25,781 bases of DNA from Myxococcota bacterium (GTDB lineage Bacteria; Myxococcota; UBA4151): the NCBI GenBank assembly GCA_040260805.1, contig JBDQPD010000044.1:1-25781 (forward strand), read 5' to 3'. Positions 1 through 8,473 of the stretch are shown here, piece after piece (the first letter of the stretch is position 1; each line of letters begins with the position of its first letter). The translations under genes and the position numbers were made by a program. The notes below the pieces were generated by a model, which was not told where the DNA came from, did not search any database, and was given only the letters and a program-made list of their open reading frames with translations.

Positions 1-393
1 CCCCAAGAACTGCTCGGCTTGATCGCGGAGGTGACGCAGAATTAATGCGGAGATGGTCTCGAGGCTGTGCAGCTGTCCGCGCACTCGCACTGCGACCGCT
101 TGGTCCTGGTCGACGATATCGTAGCCCATCCGAGAGCGCGTTTTGGTGACCTCGTCGCTCTCACCGCGTCGACCGATCAAGCGCTTGGCTGAGATCACGG
201 TTTCGTTCGGCCTTTGGATCATACCGGCTCGGGCGCGAGCACCGACAAGCACCGAGCCATCGGGCATAAAAGCGACCGCTGAAGGATGAATACGGTGACC
301 GTCAGCGTCGGCAATTACCGTGACCTTTCCGTCCTCGCAGACGGCCACCACGGAATTCGAAGTCCCTAGGTCGATTCCCAAAACCGATGCCAT
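1..393 (-). CDS. Hsp70/DnaK-family chaperone paralogue (N-terminal part; 3' end outside window)
   Basis: Not in the ORF track because it has no stop in the window. Manual translation from ATG 393 gives MASVLGIDLGTSNSVVAVCEDGKVTVIADADGHRIHPSAVAF...ETVISAKRLIGR...ISALILRHLRDQAEQFLG, with the Hsp70 GIDLGTxNS signature and KRLIGR. AGGGGA SD lies upstream. Confidence 0.93.
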   Translation of the reverse strand, partial: MASVLGIDLGTSNSVVAVCEDGKVTVIADADGHRIHPSAVAFMPDGSVLVGARARAGMIQRPNETVISAKRLIGRRGESDEVTKTRSRMGYDIVDQDQAVAVRVRGQLHSLETISALILRHLRDQAEQFLG

Positions 394-494
394 CGATTTC
401 CCCTTGGCCCAAACCGTTACAACCACTACAGGACGCGATGCGCGCATAATTTGCAATGGACATTCAAAGCGTCAGGAAACCGACGGGGAGTCTT

Positions 495-1652
495 ATGGCG
501 GGCATGCTGCTAGTGATTGATCCAAGTCCCACTGTTCAAAGGGTGGTTCAACTCGTTCTTGGCCAAAAGGGCTTTCGCGTGGCCGCTGCTGGCGATCTGG
601 CCAGCGCTCGACAAAGTACGAGCGGTCAAATCGATGTGCTGATCATCGCGGCGTCGTCGTGGAATGATCAGGCGCAAGAGTTACGCTCTGCGCTTGGGCG
701 TGGTGGTAACTGCCCCGTGTTGATGCTGATGGATCGCGGTGAGGAGCGCACTGGGGCTAGTTTCCCCCATCTTGCTAAGCCCTTCACACCTGATCGGTTG
801 ATCGCTGCGGTCGAGACCTTACTCGCTCCAGGTGATGAGGTCGTTTCCGAGGCGCCTAGTACCCCAGCGCTGGCAAAGGATTGGACCTTTGATCCGGGCT
901 GGCTGCAAGGTGGCGGCAAACCCGTCATCTGGTGCCATCTCACGGCTTTTCCTTTGCCTGAGCTGCTTCAGTATCTTCGAGCTCAGCATTGGGAAGCTCA
1001 GATCCGCATTCGGTCGGGCGAGCGTCGAATCAATGTCACGATGCGCCATGGTCGCGTTGACTTTGTGACGGCGCAGGGTGTCGGCGCAGGATTTCGCCTC
1101 GGTCGATTTTTGGTCTCTGTCCAAGCGATTGACCGGCACCAACTCGAGGCCTTCATCGAGTCTGGTGCTGCTCAAGGTATGCCGCTCGGCAAAGCGCTCG
1201 TCAGCGCCGATATGATCAGCCCAGAGCAACTTCTGGCGGCGATTCGTTTGCAAACGACGAGCTTGTTTTATGAACTACTTCGCTGGCGTGATGGGCAGGC
1301 TGTCGTTTTGGTGGAACCTGAGCAAGACGATCTGACTCGGGAGACGGGGCTTGCGCTCACCGTAGAGCAGCTCTTGATGGAAGGGTTTCGTCATGAAGAT
1401 GAATGGAACCGTCTTCAGACTTTGCTGCCCCGACCTGAAGAGGAGCTTGAGCCGAATCTTTTGGTGATCAACGGGTTCGATCTCAGCCGTTTATCAGTGC
1501 TTGAGCGCGAGGCGCTCGGTTTACTACGTGATGGGGGTAATCTCGGACAGCTGCTCGCTCGTTTGTCCGCGCAACCGATTGAGGTCTGCCGCTCGGTTCA
1601 TGTTTTATTGGGGGCGCGATTGATTCGCCGCGTGGACGAGGTGAACAGTTGA
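495..1652 (+). CDS. Atypical (pseudo-)receiver domain + DUF4388/PATAN-like domain protein
   Basis: N-terminal REC fold (LLVIDPS...DVLIIA...PVLML...LAKPF), then LTAFPLPELLQYL...GRVDFV...RLGRFLV...LGKALV...YELLRWRDG...LLMEGFR, typical of myxobacterial DUF4388 proteins. GGGGAG SD precedes ATG 495; the track start is 456. Confidence 0.82.
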   Translation: MAGMLLVIDPSPTVQRVVQLVLGQKGFRVAAAGDLASARQSTSGQIDVLIIAASSWNDQAQELRSALGRGGNCPVLMLMDRGEERTGASFPHLAKPFTPDRLIAAVETLLAPGDEVVSEAPSTPALAKDWTFDPGWLQGGGKPVIWCHLTAFPLPELLQYLRAQHWEAQIRIRSGERRINVTMRHGRVDFVTAQGVGAGFRLGRFLVSVQAIDRHQLEAFIESGAAQGMPLGKALVSADMISPEQLLAAIRLQTTSLFYELLRWRDGQAVVLVEPEQDDLTRETGLALTVEQLLMEGFRHEDEWNRLQTLLPRPEEELEPNLLVINGFDLSRLSVLEREALGLLRDGGNLGQLLARLSAQPIEVCRSVHVLLGARLIRRVDEVNS

Positions 1653-2722
1653 TGGTCGTGTTCTTGTTGGGTGCGCTTGCTGGCGCCGACGGTTGGGTTG
1701 ATCGAGCCGCTTTAGCGGCTGACCGCCTTGCGGTTGCTGCGGTGGACGAACACGCTCAGAGTCGTCCTTTGAGTGACCTTTGGTGGAGCGGCGAGGGACA
1801 GCAGGTCCTTGAGCTTTTGGACCATAGAGCCTGTCTTGGGCGTCTTGCCCAGGGGTGCCTGTTTGGCACGGGGATGCCGGCTAGAGCGGCACAAGCTCCC
1901 AAGCGAATTGTTCAGGGGCGTAAGCGATGGGTGTACTCGAGCGATCAACACGAGGTGCTCGCGTTAGAGGTCGTTGGGACTCAAGCTGTTTTGTGGGTCT
2001 GGCGTGAGCGCCCAATGCGCGCAGCTGCCCTGCCGCCTGTTCGAGTCGTGGAGTCACCGCTGAATCCGACAGCGACGCTGCCTGAGCCATCACCGCATCC
2101 GTCACCCTGGTGGCTTTTGTTGCTTCCGGCTGCCTTTTGGATCGGTCGTTATCGCCGCTCCAAACCGAGCGATGACCGAGTCGATGAGGCCTCATACTTG
2201 GAGGAGCAGCTTGAAGCAGAGCGCTTGCGTTTTGCGGTCGAGCGTCGCGCCTCAAAGCAAGAGCGGGATCAATTATTGATCGCGGTGGCGAGCGCTCAAG
2301 ACAAGCCATCACCACGCGAGCAAGAACGAATCGCTGAGCTCGAGCAAGTACTTGATCGCATCCAGAAACGATGGGTTCACCTGCGAGATGATTTGGATCG
2401 CGAGGCACAGGTTAGCCGGCGCGATGCGACTCGTTTTCTCGCTCCCCTACAGCAATTTGGCGCCATGCTCCGTCAGGTCGAGCGCCGTATGCGGACAGTT
2501 GATGAGCTCGCTTACGCGCAGAAAATTCAACAACGTCGTCTGGGTTTGCAAGGATTCGAAGAGCGCCTACGAAAGCATTTCCAGAGCAGCTCAAGCTTCG
2601 ATGAGCGAAGCTGGCAGACCGCCCGTGATGAGCTTAACGAGATTTTGAACACAGCACCCAAATCGCCGACTGAAACCGACGAAACGAACGCGCGGCTCCA
2701 TGTCTTGCGCGGGGGTCGCTGA
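1652..2722 (+). CDS. Hypothetical membrane protein: exported N-domain, Pro linker, one TM helix, C-terminal coiled coil
   Basis: TGATG overlap with the previous stop and GAGGTG SD. Hydrophobic N-terminus, PEPSPHPSP linker, WWLLLLPAAFWIGRYRR TM, then an E/R/Q/L-rich helical region ending LHVLRGGR. Confidence 0.65.
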   Translation: MVVFLLGALAGADGWVDRAALAADRLAVAAVDEHAQSRPLSDLWWSGEGQQVLELLDHRACLGRLAQGCLFGTGMPARAAQAPKRIVQGRKRWVYSSDQHEVLALEVVGTQAVLWVWRERPMRAAALPPVRVVESPLNPTATLPEPSPHPSPWWLLLLPAAFWIGRYRRSKPSDDRVDEASYLEEQLEAERLRFAVERRASKQERDQLLIAVASAQDKPSPREQERIAELEQVLDRIQKRWVHLRDDLDREAQVSRRDATRFLAPLQQFGAMLRQVERRMRTVDELAYAQKIQQRRLGLQGFEERLRKHFQSSSSFDERSWQTARDELNEILNTAPKSPTETDETNARLHVLRGGR

Positions 2723-2796
2723 ATAGCCAGACCGCTCAAAGCGTTTACAGCTTACGAGGCGACTGTTTGTGGTCGCTAAGGGAAGGAGCAGCCGTT

Positions 2797-3462
2797 ATGT
2801 TTAATAATTTGCTCAGTCTTATCTTGCCCTTGTTCTCTGCATCGGCTCCGGCGCCAACAACGGCTGCTCCAGCGGTTAGTCTCGACCGTATTTTGGACGC
2901 CGTTGAGCAGCGTTACAACAAGACCAAAACTCTTGACGCTGTCTTTGACCAAAGCTTCCGTAACAAAGCCTTTCGGCGCACCCAGCGAAGCACTGGCACC
3001 GTTCGCTTCGCTCGCCCGGGTCTGATGGAATGGCGTTATCAAACACCCTCTCCGAGGCGCTTCGTCCTGGATGGGACCGATCTTTGGATCCATCAACTCG
3101 ATGACGGCCAGGTCTTTGTTCGTCGTCAATACGATGGCGATGACCTCAAAGCGGCGCTTCGATTTTTGTGGGGCGACGGCAGCCTGAGAAGCACCTATAA
3201 TGTCCGCTTACTCAAGAGCGATACAAAGCGCGCCCTGCTCAAGTTGACGCCAAAAAAACCTGTGGGTTATTATCGGTTTGTCCGTCTCGCTATTGATCTT
3301 ACAACCTACAGGGTGACGCACTCCGTCGTCGTCGATCATCGCGGCAATGAAAATCGCTTCGCCTTTCGTAAAGCGCGCTACAACGCAAAGCTTCCCTCAA
3401 AGACCTTTCGATTTGAGGCGCCCGCTGAATCGGTTGTGACGGAGCTAACGTCGGCAAAATAG
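2797..3462 (+). CDS. lolA: Outer-membrane lipoprotein carrier protein LolA family
   Basis: Signal peptide followed by VEQRY..TKTLDAVFDQ, GTVRFARPGLMEWRYQTP, FVLDGTDLWI, DHRGNENRFAF and FRFEAP, a LolA pattern. GGAAGGAG SD precedes ATG 2797. Confidence 0.88.
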   Translation: MFNNLLSLILPLFSASAPAPTTAAPAVSLDRILDAVEQRYNKTKTLDAVFDQSFRNKAFRRTQRSTGTVRFARPGLMEWRYQTPSPRRFVLDGTDLWIHQLDDGQVFVRRQYDGDDLKAALRFLWGDGSLRSTYNVRLLKSDTKRALLKLTPKKPVGYYRFVRLAIDLTTYRVTHSVVVDHRGNENRFAFRKARYNAKLPSKTFRFEAPAESVVTELTSAK

Positions 3463-3532
3463 GGGCGGGACTTCGACAGTTGGCTTACCCTGTGGCACAT
3501 GTTGGTCGCATGAAGGCTAAGGGGACCGAGCG

Positions 3533-6340
3533 ATGATGCTGAGTTTACTCATGAGTGTTCAAATGGCGGCGCTGCCAGTGCCTGCCCGTTTTGAGCACAC
3601 AAGCTATCAGCGCCTGACTCGGGACGTACAGATACGCTCCTCGGCTCGTTTTGTCCTGGTCCGCCCGAGCGCTTCATACCGCCTTGATGCGGTCGAAAAG
3701 ACCCTCGCCGAGCTGGGCTCGGGTATCGGCTTGACGGCGCACTGGCCCAACCGACAGCGCCTGATCGAGTTTGACCTCGGTGAGGCGAGCACCATGAGCT
3801 CGTTGCTGGCGCTGGTGGAGCGCCTGCAGTCCAAAGGCTTGATCACTTCTTATTTCCCGGTTTGGACGAGGCAGCCAGATGGTCGCACGCACGTCGATGA
3901 GCGGGTCGCTGTCCGGCTCCGGCATCCGAGCGATGAAGCCAAGCTGATGGACCGCTTTGGTCTGACTGTGGTTCAGCGCTACCCTCACCTCAAGCAGGTC
4001 GTGAGTGTGCGACGAGGTAAAGTGCTCGATGCGGTGGCGCTCGCCGCCGAACTCAATGAGAGCGGTGCCTTTGAGTGGGCTGAGCCGGATTGGATTTTCC
4101 ACCCCAAAGCAGCGTGGGATCCACAAGACCCAAATTTTGATGACGCTTGGCACCAACAACGCGGGGCGATGGTCGGCTCGATCAATGCGCCGGCGGCTTG
4201 GGATGTGGTGCGCGGTGAGGGCGTCACGGTCGGAGTGATCGACTCGGGGACTCAAAATGACCACCCAGATCTCGACGTTTTTGCGGGTTATGACTTGGTC
4301 GATGGCGACTACGACGCCAGCCCTGAGTGCATTGAGCGGCCCGATGGGCGCGGGCGGGCTGACAGCTGCCCTGCGGAGCGCCCTTACCGGGAGAGTCACG
4401 GCACGGGGGTGAGCGGTATTGTCGCGGCGCGTGGCAACGACGTGGGCAGCTTAGGGGTCTGTCCTGAGTGCCGCTTGGTCACCATTCGCATGGTGGGCGT
4501 CGCTCAGCGACGCGTGAGTCACGCTGACGGTCTGTTGTGGTTGGTGGCGCAAAATACGGCGGTGGTGAACAACTCTTGGGGTCCGAGCATTGAGCGGTAT
4601 TTCCCGATGGCGATCGCCGAAGAGCAGGCGGTCGAAGAGGCGATGACCAATGGTCGTGGCGGTAAAGGGATGTTGCTGCTTTATGCCGCCGGAAACGATT
4701 ATCTGCTCAACACGGAGAGCAACCCGTATTCAGCGCACGTCGAGACGGTGACCGTGTCGGGGTCGACTCGGCGCGATGACTTTGCCTGCTACAGCAACTA
4801 CGGCTCGACCGTTGATGTCGCTGCGCCCACCAAAGGGTGTTACGATGGTGAGCCTGGCTTGCAGACGACCGATTTGACAGGCGGCGAGGGGTACAACGAA
4901 GGCGATTATCACAATCAGATGGGCGGCACCTCGGGCGCTTGCCCCGTCGCTTCAGGCGTTGCTGCGCTGATCGTCGCCGCCAACCCTGAGTTAACCGCTC
5001 GCCAAGTGCGGTTGGTGCTGCAGGCTTCGACCGAGAAGATTCGAGCTGATCAGGTCGATTGGCAGCGTCGTTTAGGCGCCGACCTTGAGTCCATCTTTGA
5101 GTACGATGAGCGCGGTCATTCGGTGGGCTTTGGTTATGGCCGTGTCGACGCAGCCAACGCGGTCTCGATGGCGCGGACATTCAACCTACTCGGTGCCTGC
5201 GGTGAGGGCTGCACAGCCTGTCGTCATGACCAGTGCGCTACCGCTTGCGGTACCGACCGAGACTGCCCTGGTCAGTCCGTCTGTGTTGCTGACGACCAAG
5301 GCGTGCAGGCTTGCGAGTGGCCAGAGGCAGAGGCGACGCGGATCGGAGCCAACTGCACCGACGCCTGCGACCAGTGCGTTCGGGTGGTGTCTCAGCGGCA
5401 GAGCTTTAGGAATCTGTGCTCTGCAACCTGCGCCGAGAATAGTGATTGTCCGGGGGGCTGGATGTGCGCTCCTGTCGGCGATCAAGGAAAGCTTTGCGTT
5501 CCTGGGTTTCCAGGGTGTGGCAGCAGCTGGGGCGATGAGCGCTGCACGGGTGATGTGCGCGTCCTTGATGCTCGAGAGCGCGCCTTTTGCTCGTGCCCTT
5601 GTTATCCTGGCGAGGCTGAGGGTTCCGAAGGGTACTGCCCAGAAGGTTTCCACTGCGGCACGCCTGAGTGTCGCTGTACTCGCCAGGGTCGTGGGGGCTG
5701 CCGCGAGACCACCTGTGAAGAGGTCACCGGCCGAGGGAATTACAACCCAGTATGTTTCCCTAACGTGGTCGAGGAAGAGCCCTGTGAAGCAGACTCAGAC
5801 TGCCCCTTAGGTGACGCGTGTGTGGATTACGAGTGTCGAGAGGACCCATTTTATTGCGCTGCGTGTGCCCCGTGTGAGCGCCACAGCGATTGCGGCTCGG
5901 GCAACTGGTGCACGCCGGTCGATGGCCGCAACGTGTGTTTGGTGGCGTGTCCTGTCGATCGCCGTTGTCCTGGGGACTCTGTGTGTCGCTCGATTTCCGC
6001 GAATGGTCGCGAGCGTCGGTTCTGTTTAAACGACCCTGAAGAGACCTCGGACCGTGTATGCCCAGCCGATTACACCTGCCGGTCTCCCGAGGGCCGCTGC
6101 CGAGTAGCAGCCGACTGTCCGACCCGCGATCATTGGTGCGATGATGACGGCGAATGCCGCTTAGATGACCCCGAAGAACCGGCCCCGCCGGCGCCTCCGC
6201 CGCCCGTGACCACACAGCCTTCAACCCCCGTTAGCGGCTGTACCTGCACGCATACTGGGGGCTTTGACTCCGTCATGTGGTTGGTAATTGCTGTCTTGGT
6301 GGGTCGTCGCCGGCTTGGCGGCCTGCGTCAGGCAGGGTAA
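3533..6340 (+). CDS. S8 (kexin/subtilisin-like) serine peptidase with prodomain, Cys-rich stalk and MYXO-CTERM sorting signal
   Basis: Catalytic D237 (VIDSG), H289 (SHGTGVSG), oxyanion N388 (AAGN) and S467 (GTSGACP). Kexin-like NNSWGP, GRGGKG and GFGYGRVDA. About 320 aa Cys-rich region, Pro linker and GCTC-hydrophobic-RRR tail. Confidence 0.92.
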   Translation: MMLSLLMSVQMAALPVPARFEHTSYQRLTRDVQIRSSARFVLVRPSASYRLDAVEKTLAELGSGIGLTAHWPNRQRLIEFDLGEASTMSSLLALVERLQSKGLITSYFPVWTRQPDGRTHVDERVAVRLRHPSDEAKLMDRFGLTVVQRYPHLKQVVSVRRGKVLDAVALAAELNESGAFEWAEPDWIFHPKAAWDPQDPNFDDAWHQQRGAMVGSINAPAAWDVVRGEGVTVGVIDSGTQNDHPDLDVFAGYDLVDGDYDASPECIERPDGRGRADSCPAERPYRESHGTGVSGIVAARGNDVGSLGVCPECRLVTIRMVGVAQRRVSHADGLLWLVAQNTAVVNNSWGPSIERYFPMAIAEEQAVEEAMTNGRGGKGMLLLYAAGNDYLLNTESNPYSAHVETVTVSGSTRRDDFACYSNYGSTVDVAAPTKGCYDGEPGLQTTDLTGGEGYNEGDYHNQMGGTSGACPVASGVAALIVAANPELTARQVRLVLQASTEKIRADQVDWQRRLGADLESIFEYDERGHSVGFGYGRVDAANAVSMARTFNLLGACGEGCTACRHDQCATACGTDRDCPGQSVCVADDQGVQACEWPEAEATRIGANCTDACDQCVRVVSQRQSFRNLCSATCAENSDCPGGWMCAPVGDQGKLCVPGFPGCGSSWGDERCTGDVRVLDARERAFCSCPCYPGEAEGSEGYCPEGFHCGTPECRCTRQGRGGCRETTCEEVTGRGNYNPVCFPNVVEEEPCEADSDCPLGDACVDYECREDPFYCAACAPCERHSDCGSGNWCTPVDGRNVCLVACPVDRRCPGDSVCRSISANGRERRFCLNDPEETSDRVCPADYTCRSPEGRCRVAADCPTRDHWCDDDGECRLDDPEEPAPPAPPPPVTTQPSTPVSGCTCTHTGGFDSVMWLVIAVLVGRRRLGGLRQAG
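6236..6340 (+). other. MYXO-CTERM-like C-terminal sorting signal
   Basis: GCTCTHTGGFDSVMWLVIAVLVGRRR: a GCxC motif, a TM segment and an Arg cluster after a Pro/Thr-rich linker. Confidence 0.85.
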
Positions 6341-6341
6341 A

Positions 6342-6359
6342 CCCCCCCCGAAGGGGGAG
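6342..6359 (+). promoter_or_regulatory. C8 tract / GC hairpin (CCCCC-GAA-GGGGG) overlapping the SD of the next gene
   Basis: Intergenic ccccccccgaagggggag. C6345-6349 can pair with G6353-6357, and the GGGGAG SD is in the 3' arm. Confidence 0.5.
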
Positions 6360-6364
6360 CCGTG

Positions 6365-8473
6365 ATGCGCACCCTAAGATTGCTTTGCATCGGTTTGGCG
6401 CTGGTCTTGTCCAGCTGCGACTGCGACGAAACCACCATCTCGCGACAATGCGTGGCTCAAGCAGATTGTCCAGCGGGACAGTTTTGCGATGAGGGGCTGT
6501 GCCGAGAAGGTCAGCCAACCTGCATCAAAGGCGTGATCGAAGAGAACTGTAAGCGCTGCGCTGAGCACAGCGACTGCCCGGATGGCTCACGCTGTTCTCG
6601 TTCGGGGTTGTGCCTGCCACCCCAGTGCGACACCGACGCAGACTGCACCAATCAATGCGCCGAAGACAGCTCAGCTATTGAAACCTGTCAGGTAGAAGCA
6701 GAGACGGGTTGGCGCCAATGCGTGGCTTTTGCCTGCGACACGGACGAGCAGTGCCGTGATGCCTTTATTGAAATTCCCGATGGACTCAGCGCGGCTTGTG
6801 TCGCTCGTGGGTGTCGGTGCAGAAACCCTTGCGGCGGAACGTGCGCCCAAGGGACCGTATGTTGTGGTGAAGACGGCAACGAGCAGTTCGGTCAGTGCAT
6901 CGATGACCCGGGCCCTTGCGGTGATCAGGAATGTGGCTTGGGATTTGATACCGAGGTCGCAGGCGAAGGGGTCTGGTCGCTGTCGCGCTGTGCGCGCGAT
7001 GGTGATGAGTGCAACTGCATCGAAAAGCCGTTCATTGCTCAAGGTGTCACGGGAATTCAGTCGGACGTCGCAGCCTCTGGTGATCAGGCGATTGTGGCAG
7101 CGTACAACAGCACCTACGGCGACCTCTGGGTTGGTAGGGGCAGCGAGGACGGGATGTCATGGCAGTGGGTCGACGGTTTGCCGCTTGCTGATGAAGAGAC
7201 GGTAACCGGAGGCCCATCAGGCCCTCGCTTTGGTATCTCTGCTCCTGGCGCCGACACGGGGCGTTTCCCCTCGATTACGGTGGCTTCGAGCGGGACGGTT
7301 CATATCGTCTATCAAAATGTTGATGACCGCAGCTTAGTCTATGCTCGCTCGCTCTGCGGAGCGGGTTGCGATATGGGTCAAATTTGCACCGATATTGGTC
7401 GCTGTGTCGAGCCGACGCAAGACTGCGCTCAGGGCTGCGCTCCTGGGTTTGCTTGCCTCCAAGGTAGCTGCGCTGAAGACGCCCGACCCAACAAGTATTT
7501 GATCTTCGAACTCGATGGTCGCGGCGACCTAGGCTATCACAACGCGATCACTCTGGATCGCAACGGCATCCCCAGCATTCTGACCGCTGTGCATCGCTTT
7601 GATAACCAGGGTATCGATTCGGCTGAATGGCGCCGTTATACGGGCAGTAATGATCTTCCCAACGGACCTGAGGATTTCGGGTTCATGGACGGAAGCTTGA
7701 TGCTCGATACGCGTCTGATCACCCCGCTCTCCGTCTGGCCTTGTGAGGGCGGCTGTCCCGAGGATCAGGTGTGCGTTGGTGAGACCGCTCAATGCGTGGT
7801 CGAGACCGATGACTGCAATCCGGGTTGCGGCGAAGGGTCTGCTTGCTTTGCTGGGCAGTGCGTGACTGAGGTGCCTGCGGCGCCACGTGGTGGAGAAGCG
7901 GTGATCAACGCCTTTAATTCGATGGTGACTGACGACCAAGGACGGGTCTTTGGTGTCTGGTACGATACCCGCAACAATCGGCCCGTTCTTTTAGAACCAA
8001 ACGGCCGTGTGATCGATGTTCAAACGACCGGCGGGCAGTTTGTTGCGCTCCAGGCGCAAGGCGCAGACCGCCACCTCGCTTTTGTTCGAGACGAAGAGGT
8101 CATCTACGTGCGCGCCCTGCCCGATGGGACGATCGCTGCGCAGCAGGTGGTCGACAATGGAGCGCGTCAGCTTGAGAATCGTTCAGAGGTCCATGTTCTA
8201 GCCGACACCGCGTTAGACCTAGCGCCGGATGGAACGCTGACGCTCTACTGGCAAGATGCGAGCGATCATACGCTCCGCTTTGCGGTTAAGGCTCCAGGTG
8301 ATGAGGCGTTTAGCGAAGGCCGTGTGCTCGCGGGTGCGGTCCAGCCTTACGAGGGCAGCTTTGGGTTCTCAAACCGTACCGCTCGCCACGCGAGCGGTCA
8401 TTGGTTGAGTAGCTTTAGATTTCATCTTCCTGATGAAGCACCTGAAAGCGAAGTGGTGATCTTTGCGCGCTGA
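6365..8473 (+). CDS. Cys-rich lipoprotein with a probable beta-rich (propeller-like) C-terminal region
   Basis: MRTLRLLCIGLALVLSSCDC lipobox, many CxxxxDCxxGxxC modules, then beta-rich segments (AAYNSTYGDL, WQWVDG, DTGRFPSI, DLGYHNAI, YWQDASDHTLRFA). Alternative GTG start at 6362. Confidence 0.75.
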   Translation: MRTLRLLCIGLALVLSSCDCDETTISRQCVAQADCPAGQFCDEGLCREGQPTCIKGVIEENCKRCAEHSDCPDGSRCSRSGLCLPPQCDTDADCTNQCAEDSSAIETCQVEAETGWRQCVAFACDTDEQCRDAFIEIPDGLSAACVARGCRCRNPCGGTCAQGTVCCGEDGNEQFGQCIDDPGPCGDQECGLGFDTEVAGEGVWSLSRCARDGDECNCIEKPFIAQGVTGIQSDVAASGDQAIVAAYNSTYGDLWVGRGSEDGMSWQWVDGLPLADEETVTGGPSGPRFGISAPGADTGRFPSITVASSGTVHIVYQNVDDRSLVYARSLCGAGCDMGQICTDIGRCVEPTQDCAQGCAPGFACLQGSCAEDARPNKYLIFELDGRGDLGYHNAITLDRNGIPSILTAVHRFDNQGIDSAEWRRYTGSNDLPNGPEDFGFMDGSLMLDTRLITPLSVWPCEGGCPEDQVCVGETAQCVVETDDCNPGCGEGSACFAGQCVTEVPAAPRGGEAVINAFNSMVTDDQGRVFGVWYDTRNNRPVLLEPNGRVIDVQTTGGQFVALQAQGADRHLAFVRDEEVIYVRALPDGTIAAQQVVDNGARQLENRSEVHVLADTALDLAPDGTLTLYWQDASDHTLRFAVKAPGDEAFSEGRVLAGAVQPYEGSFGFSNRTARHASGHWLSSFRFHLPDEAPESEVVIFAR

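Noticed and set aside
320..520. 66-aa plus-strand ORF
   Set aside because: It overlaps the Hsp70 start on the opposite strand and the regulator start, and has no motif.
3253..3259. A7 run in lolA as a phase-variation site
   Set aside because: It is short, in frame (PKKP), and the gene is intact.
3493..3536. TGGCAC as a sigma54 -24 box, and an 8-codon uORF (3510-3536)
   Set aside because: There is no TTGC at the required spacing, and the uORF lacks an SD and is expected by chance.
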